In this document: piece after piece, positions 25,211 through 38,602 of the stretch
Layout: each line of letters starts with the position of its first letter
How positions within the stretch are numbered: the stretch's first letter is position 1
Source: Octopus sinensis
Taxonomy: Eukaryota
Length of the DNA: 64,000 nucleotides
Direction: 5' to 3'
Assembly: GCF_006345805.1 (NCBI RefSeq)
Contig: NC_043020.1
Span: 6,572,001-6,636,000, forward strand
The notes under the pieces: model-generated
The model's input: only the letters and a program-made list of their open reading frames with translations
What the model was told of the DNA's origin: nothing
The model's database searches: none
Program-made: the position numbers and the translations under genes

Positions 25211-28200
25211 ATATATATATATATACATACATACACACACATATACACAAAAGGCTTCTTTCAGTTTCTGTCTACCAAAATCCACTTAGAAGGCTTGGTC
25301 AGCTCATAGCTATAGTAGAAAACATTTGTCCAAGGTGCCACACAGTGGAACTGAACCCGGAACCATGTGGTTGGGAAGCAATCTTCTAACCACACACCCA
25401 CACCTGTGTCTATACGCACACACACATACATGAATAAAACAAAGGAGAACTGGTCGTTAACTTACATTGATTCTGTCCATTTCTCGAAGTAGTCTTTTGA
25501 GCATGACCTCAACGGTTGTAGAACCTGGTACGGCGCCAACAAAATGGTAAAAGACATGCCAAGACTTTCCACTTGCACTGATGAAGAGGAGAGGAAGAAC
25601 AAAAAGAAAAAAAACTCAGATACTTTAATAAAAAACAAAAAATGATGAAAAAAAACATACTAAACAGCAACATGTCAGGCATAAGATTTTATTGTCTTAA
25701 TGACTTAGAGCAGCGGCTGGTAAAATAAAATGGTCAATATTCAACCTTTGTTGGGGTGGTGGGGTGCCTTAGCTTTTCAAGGTAGGGTCTCTAAACACCT
25801 GAAATGATTTTGAGCATTAAGGGTGCTGAATTTATTAGTGAACTATTTTTTTTTTATGAATTTCTTTTGTAGTGTAAGATTCTTGTGAAATTGTGTATTG
25901 CAACATATTTTATTATATTTCAAGATGGTCTTCTTTTTATTATCTCTTGCCAAATAAACATATGCACTATATATATATATATATATGTATGTTCTTCACC
26001 TGTTTATTATTCGTATTTTTTCTGATGTCCATTGTCTGGAAATCTTTCGTCACCCACCTGTGACCTCTTCAGTGGCTCTTCCTGTTTAGTCCATTGAAAC
26101 AGGAGGACACGTGTGTCGAAAGATTTCAAGACAATGGGCATAAGATAAAATAAGAACAATAATGGGTGAAGAACGAATATATAGAATATTCCAGCTACAG
26201 ATGGTTGTGAAGCAAGCTCCTTAATCACGCTGCCATGCCTGTGAATATTAATGGTACTAAACCAGAGCATTAAAAAGGGTTTGGCTCTTTTAGATGAAAT
26301 TCCAAGGACTTTTCTGATTAATTTCACTGAAAGGAATGAGGATATGTTTTGAAAGATGGAGTTAGGGTGATTGACAAGAAGGACATGAGAGGTGATGTTA
26401 GGGGTAGATGCTTACCTTTTCAGATCCTCACTAGCCTTTTTAGAAATAAGAGCCGCAGCCTTGCACAGAACTGAAGACTTGCCTGAACCAGCTCCACCCA
26501 CCAAAATAAGAGGTACGTCTCTCTTCTCTTGGACAATGTATTCTTCAATCTGGTCGGATACAAAGAAACAAACATAGAAAAACATAAAATTAATTTTTAG
26601 CGAGCAACGATTGTTTTTATTTTGTTGTTTTTAATTACAGGTTGGATGTTTAAATTTAGGAAACCCTGGGACTTGGCTATTTCGGGAAAATGTCAGGAAA
26701 TAGAAATTGGCCTCTATGAGAAGCCCCTTAGGTAAACCTAGTCTTGCTATCTCCTTCCACATATATGTCTAATTTATCCTCTTTTCCATGCCAGTATGGG
26801 TTGCACAGAATTTATTGAGGTAGATTTTCTATGGCCAAATGGCCTTCCTTCATTTATATATATATCGTCCTGGTTTTGTTGTTATTATTATCATTATTGT
26901 TTTTACGTATTTTTGTATTCTTATTCGTGTTATCATTATTGTTTTTACGTATTTTTGTATTTTTATTTGTGTAACATCGTCCGTTTTCCGTCCTTCTTTT
27001 GTATACATTCGAGGCTTTCTTCCAAGGAATCTAATGCGCTTGGCTTAGATTTTCCTTTGGGCTGCCCAGGTTGGAGCAATCTCAAGATTAATCAGCCGAA
27101 ATTGCGAAGATGATCCGGTTCTTGACTGAAGATTGAAGGCTTCGATGTCCCGTCCTGTTTTTTGTGTCGTCTTCTAATGTTTCAAATTCGTTCCGTTTTC
27201 CCAGTTTGTATTTTTTTACTTTTACATATATATATATATATATATATATATCTGTGTGCGAAGGTACATGGCCTAGTGGTTATGCTGTTGCACTCATGAT
27301 CATGACTAGTTCATGGGTTCAATTCCCAGACAGCACTGCATGTTGTGTTCTTGAGCAAGACACTTCATTTCACATTGAGCCAGTCCCCTCTTTCAATCAT
27401 GGGAGAATGTTGGCCTGCTCACCTAGCCAGTGGGGCGGCGTCATTTGCTGGCTATAACGATGCAAAGTGCACTGTGACCAGCGATGTGTAACTACATCTG
27501 AGAACCTGGTCAGTCACATGATACACACACACACACTTCGTTTTTGCATTTGGTTTGCAAGATTCTTTATATGAGTTCGTGTGTTGAAGCATATTTTATT
27601 GTGTCTGGGGAGAGTCATTCACTTTTAGTGCTTTATTAATTTAACACACTCACAGGTAAAATTTCCCCTCATTTACTTATTTTTCTATAAATAAGTAAAT
27701 GAGAATGACTTTCCTCGGACAACAGTATATACACACACACATACATATATAGGAAGGCATCCACTTTCTTACCCCCTCACATGACCCACAGTCCATATCC
27801 TCTCTTAAGCTCACCTAGAACCTTGAGAGTTTGCTCTAGCATCCCATCACTGCCTTCCTTATTTCCTTTTGCCATGTATCTCCTCTCATAGTTTATCCTT
27901 TCAACACTTATAATATAGCCACCCATCTACACCTTCCCCTCTCTAAGTAGTAAGAGCTTTTCCTCACTTCTCCAATATCTTTTTCCTACTTTTCTGTCTT
28001 GCAAGTTAGATGACAAGCAACCTCACTAGTGTTGGTGCCACAAAATAAGAAAGTACCCTGTACACACTTTAAAGTGTGTTGGCATTAGGAAGGACTTCCA
28101 GCCATAGAAACCATACCAAAGATGACAAGAACTTGGCACCACCCTGTAGCTAGATGGTTCATTGACAAACTATCCAACCAATGCTAGCATGGAAAGTGGA

Positions 28201-29179
28201 TGTTAAATGATGATAATGATGATGTGTGCGTGTGTGCATATGCATGCATAATTAAATTGTTGTTAATTTCGCTTACCTCGTTAATTATTTTCTCACGTCC
28301 CATTACCCGTTCACTCTTCTTCAGCATGAAACTCTCGTGAAGTTGTCGTGCCATGTGGTCGTAGTACATCCCTCGGTGACACGGGTGGCCGAGGTAGTCG
28401 TGGAGGATTCTCATCTTCACAAACTCACAGATCTGAAAGACGGACGAATACGATGGTAGAAATGGTGGCGGAGGAGAAGGAAGAGGAAAGGCAACAAAGA
28501 AGAAAAAATATAACAAAGAAAAACATAAAAAAATACAATAATGGCCAGAACAGACACCGTTTTTGACACAGCTTCATATAGTATATACGTTTGAAAATCT
28601 AATGTGAAACCGGTTGGGTGTATTTTTATGTTTTAAAATAGAATTAAATTCTAATTAATTCTAAGATTTTCTGTGTACATTTTCAGCTTCATTTCATTTA
28701 TTTCTCAACTTGTTTGGATGAACAATTTATATATATATATTCTTTTATTCTTTTACTTGTTTCAGTCATTTGATTGCGGCCATGCTGGAGCACTGCCTTT
28801 AGTCAAACAAATCAACCTTTGTAAGCCTAGTACTTATTCTATCAGTCTCTTCTTGCCGAACTGCTAAGTTACGGGGATGTAAACACACCAAGATTGGTTG
28901 TCAAGCGATGATGGGGTGGGGGACAAACACATATATATGAGAGGCTTCTTTCAGTTTCCATCTACCAAATGTACTCACAAGGCTTTGGTAAACACAAGGC
29001 TATAGAAGACACTTGCTCGAGGTGTCACGTAGTGGTACTGAACCCGGAACCATGTGGTTAGGAAGCAAGCTTCTTACCACACAGCTTCGTATTGAATGCA
29101 TTTACTACAAGGAGAAAACAGTTTCCTTTATAGGAATGGAAAAACATCCAATTTCCCACTGGTTTTTCAGTATATGATG

Positions 29180-29218
<39 letters not shown>

Positions 29219-32200
29219 TATTATATACAAGGATTCTGGATTACTTTTCCTGTTTTTTTTTACTTAATTTTTGAGAGCGGTTGGGTTCATTTTTAGTATT
29301 GTCGTTTGTGAAAGCAGTTGAGTTTACTTCAAATATTCTCATTTTAAAAATCATCTCCAGTTAATCGTTGAGAGGACATTGGTGTTGCCTTGGCAGAGGT
29401 TTGCACTCTCAGTGCCCTTGTTGTTGTTATTATTATTATTATTATTTTTATTTTCATTCATATTTCATTGTCCTTTGTCTAAAGCTCTTTTGTCAAACAT
29501 CCTGTGACCACTTCAACAACTCTTTATCTCAAGTCTCCTCTCATTCTGATTAATCCATGCAATATGGACTAAACAGAACAAAAAGAGACACATGGGATAA
29601 AGAGTCACTGAAGAGGTCACAGGAGGTGTGATGAAACAGCTGAGACAATGACATAAGAGAAACAATAATAATAATAATAATAATAACAACATCCTTAAAC
29701 AATCCTTATTCAGGGACCTTTTGAGCGGGATGGGCTACTCGACCAGAAGAAAATTCTAACTGGGTCCCACCTGCAAGGTCATGCGCTGTTTATCTTGATA
29801 TGAGATCATCATGTCGCGCACATATGGTTATGATGCAAGTGCCTGGTGTACCCTTATCAGCCGGGTAGTCATGATGAGTATACTGGGCTTTGTACATTTT
29901 ACCCCAGTGTCACTTTGATGGCATGAACTGCTCTCTCACTCAATAATAATAATAATGAGGCTGAAGTGAAGACCAAATATATAGTAAGCATGTTTAATTG
30001 GCAAGAAAATGACCATTCCTAAATATAACAATATTTGTTTCAACACATGGTTTCACATCAAGAATCTTGCAAAACGGATACATAAACACACACTCCCATA
30101 CACACCAGATGGTGTTAGGAAGGTTGGTATCAAAATGGTATCAAAAAGGCGGCGAGCTGGCAGAAATGTTAGCACGCCGGGCGAAATGCGTAGTCGTATT
30201 TCGTCTGCCGTTACGTCTTGAGTTCAAATTCCGCCGAGGTTGACCTTGCCTTTCATCCTTTCGGGGTCGATTAATTAAGTACCAGTTACGCACTGGGGTC
30301 GATGTAATCGACTTAATCCGTTTGTCTGTCCTTGTTTAGCCCCTTGTGGGTAGTAAAGAATTAGGTATCAAAATGGTCAATGCTAGGTCAGCCATGGAAC
30401 TTATGAGCGGAAGTATTCCAAACGTAACAAATCCATGAATGGATATTACAAACCAAAATTATTGAGGTGTTAGTGTAAAATTTTGTTCCAGGCAGACACA
30501 AATTTGTTTTATTTGTTGGCCTCTTGTGACATTAACTTGGTAAGCCAGGACTATGGTCGATGGTGATGATGAAGATGAAGATAACGAAGATGATGACAAA
30601 TGTGATGGTGGAGGCGTAGGTGAGGATGATGAAGGTAGCGATTGTGGTGGCGACAATGATAGTGATGATGATGGTAGTGGCGATTGTTGTGGTGGTGGCG
30701 ATGATGGTGACAAAGGTAATGGTGCGGATTATTATCATGGAGGTGATGATGATGGTGGTGGTGATGGTGGTGGTGGTAATGGTGGTTGTGATGATGGTGG
30801 TTGTGATGATGGTGGTGGTGGTGATGATGGTGGTGGTGGTGATGATGGTGGTGGTGGTGGTGATGATGGTGGTGGTGGTGATGATGGTGATGATGGTGTT
30901 GATGATGGTGGTGATGATGGTGTTGATGATGGTGGTGATGATGGTGGTGGTGGTGATGATGGTGATGATGATGGTGATGATGATGGTGGTGGTGATGATG
31001 GTGGTGGTGGTGATGGTGGTGATGATGGTGTTGATTATGGTGGTGTTGGTGATGATGGTGATGATGGTGGTGGTGATGATGATGATGATGATGATGATGG
31101 TGATGATTTAATAATTACAATGATGATGGTAGTCATGATGACTAACGGATTGATTGTGATGATGATGGTGATAATGGTTGTGGTGGTGGTGGTGGTGATG
31201 ACATCATCATCACCATCATTCCCTACTTACCATTTCCTTCAGACAATCATTAAACTGTAGTTTGGGTCTTTTTCTCTTCCCGGTCAGACCTTTATAGACT
31301 GGTTTGTATTTGATAATTCTGTCTGGCTGCAAAAGAGAAGAAGCAAGAAAATTCTAGAAGTTCACAGACAATCAATCACTGTACATACATTTTGGCCTGA
31401 AATAGTGGTTTCAAATTTTTGGCACAAGGCCAGGAATTTCGAGGGAGGGTTTCAGTCGATTACACTGACCCCAGTGTTCAACTGGTATGTATTTTATTGA
31501 CCCTGGAAGGATAAAAGGCAAAACTGACTGTGGCAGAATTTGAACACAGAATGCAAAGACGGAAAAAATGCCGTTAATGATTCTGCCAGCTTGCTGCCTT
31601 ATTTTTGGCTGAATTATAGGAAAAAACAAAAGGATTTTTTTTTTTTCATTTCTAAGAGCCAGAACTGATAAGAGGTGCAGGTGTGAGTGAATGGTAACAA
31701 GCTTGTTTCCCAACCACATGGTTCTGGGTTCAGTCCCACTGCATAACATCTCAGGCAAGAGAGTCTTTTGTTATAGCTTTGTGAATGAATTTGGTAGACA
31801 AAAACTGAAAGAAGTCTGTTGTGTGTGTGTGTGTGTGTGTGTAAGTATATATATATATATATATATATATAGCTGGAGGAGATGTCTTCCTGGGGTTAAA
31901 CAACAGTATTGTTATCTCTTAGAGGACAGCCACATTAAAGTGTCCATAACCCTTAAATTATGGCTGTTGTCAATAAAGCAACTGGTATTACTTTTGAAGG
32001 GAAAATTGGCTGACCGACAGACCAGACTGAGCATCGGACACACAAATGATGCGATTCAAAATTTAAATTCCTGAACAAATAATCAATATTTAGAACTGTA
32101 TGTGTATTCAAATACAACTGGAGAAAGCCTGTGAGGAGGACTTGTACTATTATAATCCAAGTATCATTTGGATGGAATCCACAGGAGGATAGAGCACAGA

Positions 32201-35200
32201 GTACAAAAACGAGAGAAAATGTATATAAATATTTAGAGACAACACCTTATGGATATTTCATTAACAAAGAATTAATTATATAAGCACATAATCACACTAC
32301 GCTGTCAAATCTTCAGAGATGTGTAACTCTCATTCATATTTATTAATGGATTAGAGAGTGACAGCATTGCCATCACTGAATAAGCAAACACACACACACT
32401 CATAATACACACAAACACATACATACAAGCATGCATACATTTAATACATATCATTGCTATTATGTTAAACTGTTGTATGTTAAAATTTGGCCAAATGTGT
32501 TTTTTTTCAATAATTATTTTTACTTGCAATAGCCGGTCCTTTTGGTCAAACTATCGTATCTCCAGCTGCCTCAGATGCCAAGGATCTCAAAATTTGTCAA
32601 AGTGTAACACAAAGGTTTTGCTATGGAATGGTGAAATTATTTTTTCATTTTCTGAAAAGCAACGTTTTGGACTTAAGACGCTTTTGCATAATAGCAACGA
32701 TTATATATATCATCATCATTGTTTAGCGTCCGCTTTCCATGCTAGCATGGGTTGGACGGTTCAACTGGGGTCTGGGAAGCCAGAAGGCTGCACCAGGCCC
32801 AGTCTGATCTGGCAATGTTTGTACGGCTGGATGCCCTTCCTAACGCCAACCACTCCGCGAGTGTAGTATGTGCTTTTTTACGTGCCAGACGAGGCTGGCA
32901 AACGGCCACGATCGTATGGTGCTTTTTACGTGCCACCGGCACGGAGGCCAGGCGAGGATGGCAACGGCCACGATCGGATGGTGCTTTTTACGTGCCACCG
33001 GCACGGAGGCCAGGCGAGGATGGCAACGGCCACGATCGGATGGTGATTTTTACGTGCCATATATATATAAAATACATAAATGTGATGGAGTCTCTAGTTG
33101 TGAACAATGACAAAGGAACAGCTCTGAGGAAGCTAAAAGATGATGCATATACACTCAGCTCTGACTGCATTGCATCTTATGGCAGAAACTACTGTAAGCT
33201 AATGAAGTTCTGTTCCAGTGTCATTTAGTTTTATATTCTACTCTGCATGCAACTAATATTTTATTCTGAAGCATATGCTGCAACAAAACATTAACATATA
33301 TACGTATATAAATACATCAATACAAACAGAGAGAGACCCCCCTTTGGTCATGAATGACCATGGGATTGCACCAAGAAAGTTTCCCTCTGAGGCACAAGTC
33401 TGGGCAAGGTTGTTTTAAGGAATACCAGCAGTCACCCATGCATATCAGCCTCCCCCTCTCCACACCTATTTCTTTACTGCTCACAAGGGGCTACATATAG
33501 ATGGGACAAACAAGGACAGACAAACGGATTAAGTCGATTACATTGACCCCAGTGCATAACTGGTACTTATTTAATCGACCCCGAAAGGATGAAAGGCAAA
33601 GTCGACCTCGGTGGAATTTGAACTCAGACCGTAGCGGCAGACGAAATACTGCTAAGCATTTTCACCCGGCATGCTAACGTTTCTGCCCTCTCCACACCAT
33701 TATATGTACATAGGGTAAAGGGTAAAGACCCCCTTCAGTCATGAATGACCATGGGATTGAACCTAGAAAGTTCCCCTCCGGAGCACAAGTCTGGGCAAAG
33801 TTGTTTTAAGGAAGACCAGCAGTCGACTATGCATGCCAGCCTCCCGCTCTCCACACCACCGATGTTATTGAAAGGAAAGGCAAAGGGGCCGATACAGCTT
33901 GGTATCAATAACGTATATAGGGTAAAGAGTAAAGACCCTCTTTAGTCACGAATGAGCATGGGATTGCACGAAGAAAGTTCCCCTCCGGGGCACAAGTCTG
34001 AGCAAAGTTGTTTTAAGGAAGACCAGCAGTCGCCCATGCATACCAGCCTCCTCTTCTCCACACCACCGATGTTATCCAAAGGAAAGGCAAAGGGGTCGAT
34101 ACAGGTTGGTATCAATAACATTCCAACTGGAACAACATGAAAATAAAGTGTCTTTTGCTCAAGAACACAACACACAGTCCAGCCTGGGAATTGAACTCGC
34201 TACCTCACGATTGTGAGTCCGATGCTCTAACCACTGAGCCATGCACCTACACACATGAGTATAGCATGAAAATGAGAGTACTTACTGGAAATCTTTGATT
34301 GATTTTGTTACAAGTTTCAGACACAAGAGCATCGGATTTGCCCATTTTCTGAGGAAATGCACATTTTTCTTCTTGAGGTAAAGATTCCAAGAAGCTATCA
34401 GAACGGTAAAGGAACAAAGCTGGAAGAGAGGAGAAAAAGAAAGGAGAAATGGCGTGAGATTAAATATAACCAAGGACCTGTATTTTGTTGCTCAACAAGC
34501 AGCCAAATGTACTACGATTAACATACTTACTTGCCTGTCCAGGGGGGACATATTTAGGTTGAAGGATGGCAGACAAACGGATTAAGATGTCTGGAGGTGA
34601 TGTGGGACTGAACCACTACAATACCTATTTCTTTACTACCCACAAGGGGCTAAATGCAGATAGGACAAACAAGGACTGACCTCAAGTTCTTTATATATAT
34701 ATATATATATTTATAATAATAATAAATATTAGGGAATAAATCCAAATTTACAGGGAAAAATCAGATTTATGATTGAATCCAATTTTATAGTAAAATATAA
34801 TATAATATTAATTAGAGACAATAAAACTTGCAAAGAAGGTCTTGAAACCACCTGATGAATGTCCATAGACGTGACAAGAAACGATCGTAGTGGATATCTT
34901 AATTATATTTAATTTATATAAAATTTTTTATGTATTGGATTAAGTCTTTCTTTGTTTGATTTGCATAATAGTGGTTTTGTCTCTAATTAATATTATATTA
35001 TATATATTTTTATATAAATTAGGATAAGATCGTTAATTTAAATATCGATCTTATCATGTAACCAGCATGGGAATAAAAACCTTCAAAGGTAATAATTATT
35101 ATTAAAATTATAATTTAGGCTATCTAAGAGGTACCGCCGTGCTGGAAATAGCAGCCAAAACCTGACTCTAAAACCACATTAAGTGTTCAGGAGAGAAGAC

Positions 35201-35361
35201 AAAAAGACAAAATACTTATAAGCAATCACTGTATCTTGAGTAAAGAAAATAGTGTAATACAAATTATGAAAATAATACAAAAGAAATATACAGTACAGTC
35301 ATGTTACTGGAACATAACATCCGTGATATTCGAGGGATTACTGTATGAGGGAGAGAGAGAG

Positions 35362-35396
<35 letters not shown>

Positions 35397-38394
35397 AAGA
35401 GAGGGAGAGAGAGAGAGAGAAAGAGAGAGAGAGAAAGAAAGAAGGAGAGAGAAAGAAAGAGAGAGAGAGAAAGAAAGAGAGAGAGAAAGAAAGAGAGAGA
35501 GAGAAAGAAAGAGAGAGAGAAGAAAGAGAGAGAGAGAGAAAGAGAAAGAAAGAGAGAGAGAAAGAAAGGGAGAGAGAGAGAGGGAGAATTCAGTGAAGAG
35601 GTGCAACTTACAGTTAAGATTGTCTTCTCGGTATGCTCCATACATGACTTCCAGGTCTAAAGATGTCAGTCCGTAACTCTTGAGGTAGGATTCTATAAAC
35701 TGGTGATGGTAATCTCCCCAGGTGGGTACCCAGCCGAGGGTTTCACTGCGGGTAAGAAAGGAAAAAGATGACAGAGGGTCAGAAAGAGGAGGAGGGATGG
35801 AGATGGAAAAGGAAGAAAAAGAGGAAAGAAAAGGGAGTGAGAAAGGGGCAAGAAAGAAATTGAGAAACATACACACATTCACACACGGACCTATTCTATA
35901 TAATGGGTTATCTCACAAAAAAAAAAAAAAAAAATCATCATTTAACATCTGCTTTCCATGTAGGCATGGGTTGGACAGTTTGACTGAAACTTAAAGGCGG
36001 TGAGCTGGCAGAAACGTTCGCAGGCAGGAGAAATGCTTTGCGGTGTTTCGTCTGCCGCTGCGTTCTGAGTTCAAATTCCGCCGAGGTCGACTTTGCCTTT
36101 CATCCTTTCGGGTTTGATAAATTAAGTTACGCACTGGGGTCAATGTAATTGATTTAATCCCTTTGTCTGTTCTTGTTTGTCCCCTCTATGTTTAGCCCCT
36201 TGTGGGCAATAAAGAAATAAGAAACTGGTAAGCTGCGGGTGGGGGGAGCTACATCAGGTTGCAACCTGATTCGGTATGGTTTCTACAGCTGGATGCTCTT
36301 CCTAACACCAACCCTCCAAGAGTGTAATGAGTGTTTTTTACATGCCAGTTATGGGACAATGGCATCGACTATGATTTCATGGCAGTTCGCCAAAGGTCTC
36401 GGTCACTTATCATTGCCTCCACGAGGCCCAATGTTCAAATGGCACTTTTTACATGCCACCAGCACAGGTGCCAGTTATGGGTCACTCGCACTGGCCACAA
36501 CTATGTTTTCACTTGGCATAACAGTTCTTCTCAAGCATGGGATATCACCAAAGGTCTCGGTTACTTGTCATTGCCTCTGTGAGGCCCAATGTTCGAAGAT
36601 CACACTCCATCTCCTCGTCCCATGACTTCTTGGGTCTAGTCCTTCCGCAGGGTCCCTCCACAGAAATTGGCACTTCTTTACACAACTGTCCTCATCCACA
36701 TGCATCTCATAACCATACCAACACAGTTGTCAGTTGCACATTGCATCTGATGCCTCTTATGCTCAACTTTTCTCTCAAGACACTTACACTCTGATGTACA
36801 TGCACACTGACATTGCACATCCAGTGAAGCATACTAGTTTAATTGCTTTCAACCCTACAACCACGAGATAAAATTATTTCCAGAGCTCTCCTTTATAGAC
36901 ATACAAATATACATACAAACATATACACACACACACACTTGTCAATACAAAAGGACACAAATGCATACATATGCATGCATGCACACAATACACACATGTA
37001 AAGACATATATAGATAAAAGTATATTACTGAAAAGTGCAAAGAAGACCCCCTTCGGTCATCAATGGTCAGGAGATTGCACCTAGAATGTTCCCCTCTGAG
37101 GCACAAGTCTGGGCAAGGTTGTTTATGGAAGACAAGCAGTCACCCATGCATACCAGCCTCCCTTATACATGTCACTGATGTTATCCAAGGGAAAGGCAAA
37201 GGCTATGATACAGTTTGGCACCAGTGATGTTGCAACTCATTTCTACAGCTGAGTGAACTGAAGCAAAGTGAAATAAAGTGTCTTGCTCAAGAACACAACA
37301 CAGAGCCCGGTTCAGGAATTATGCCTTCACAAACTCATAAGATAAAGTTACAGCTTTCGGCTCTCTTCGGTATCTCTAAAAAAGCCAGAAATGCACCAGA
37401 TTGTTTGGTTTTAGAATGACATTGTAGGGTAGGTGTGAGAGGCTGGATCTATCCAGTTTGATCATAGAACAGGTAGAATATTCTGGGCCTGATATCTTGT
37501 AGCTTTGCGATTTCAATGATGGGACTATATTTTTAAAATGACATTGTAGGGTAGGTGTGAGAGGCTAGATCTGGCCAGTTTGACCATAAAACAGGTAGAA
37601 TATTTGGGCCTGATGAGAATGGGTTAAATACTAAAGAGTAAAAATTCATGATAGAAAAAATTAGTCTTGTCTTTTAAATTAATGATTCAAGCCAATTTGG
37701 TTGTTAATTGATCAGATTCAAAGACCACAGGGATTCTCCAACATTTGCTTGTGAGACCATATGTTGCAGGAAAAAGTCTTGTATTTTTCACATCTTGTTA
37801 AATGGTTTACCAAACTACTGGAGTTAGATATTCTGCATTTAAGTTTGGTTAACAATCGGAACCAATTAAAATGGCTAAATTGCTCTGCTAGCCCTCACGG
37901 CTTGGCACTGGTTTACAGCTGGCTTCAAGAATAAACAATGGTTCGACATTACTTGCTAATTATCTCAGAATTTCTCAGAGTGTGTTTCCTGTTAATTATT
38001 TTCCGTCTTTTAATTAGCATAATAATGGGAAACATTATCATGGAAGGAAGAGTAGGAAGTTGTAGCTGAAGAGGCAGGCAAAAATAAATACAATGGATGG
38101 TCGAGGGTGGCAAGGCAGCCAGAGAATTTGTGCTTAATTGGGAAGACTGTCATCAATGTGGCATAGGCTTAGCTGTGGAGTAAGCAGTTTGCTTCCTAAC
38201 CAGATGGTTCTGGGTTCAGTCCCACTGTGTGGCACCTTGGGCAAGTATCTTCTACTATAGCCTCGGGCTGACAAAAGCCTTGTGAGTGGATTTGGTAGAT
38301 GGAAACTGAAAGAAGCCTGTCGTATATCGAAATCCTTTAACATCCGCTTTCCATATATATATATATATTATATATACATACACACACATATATA

Positions 38395-38432
<38 letters not shown>

Positions 38433-38559
38433 CACACACACACACACATATATATACTTATATATATATATATACATACACACACATATATATACTTATA
38501 TATATATATATATATATACATATACACACACACACACATATATATACTTATATATATAT

Positions 38560-38602
<43 letters not shown>

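Noticed and set aside
26007-26327. 106-aa minus-strand ORF in intron 8
   Set aside because: Out of phase with exon 8, no recognisable motif, and its end runs through a hammerhead-like repeat.
27115-27165. CTGA(A/G)GA...GTC motifs at about 27125 and 2255 as hammerheads
   Set aside because: No intact GAAA and no stem I pairing.
34140-34252. tRNA-like A/B-box sequences (also 6028, 27260, 41493)
   Set aside because: No full cloverleaf; each continues into a repeated SINE body, so these are SINE heads, not tRNA genes.
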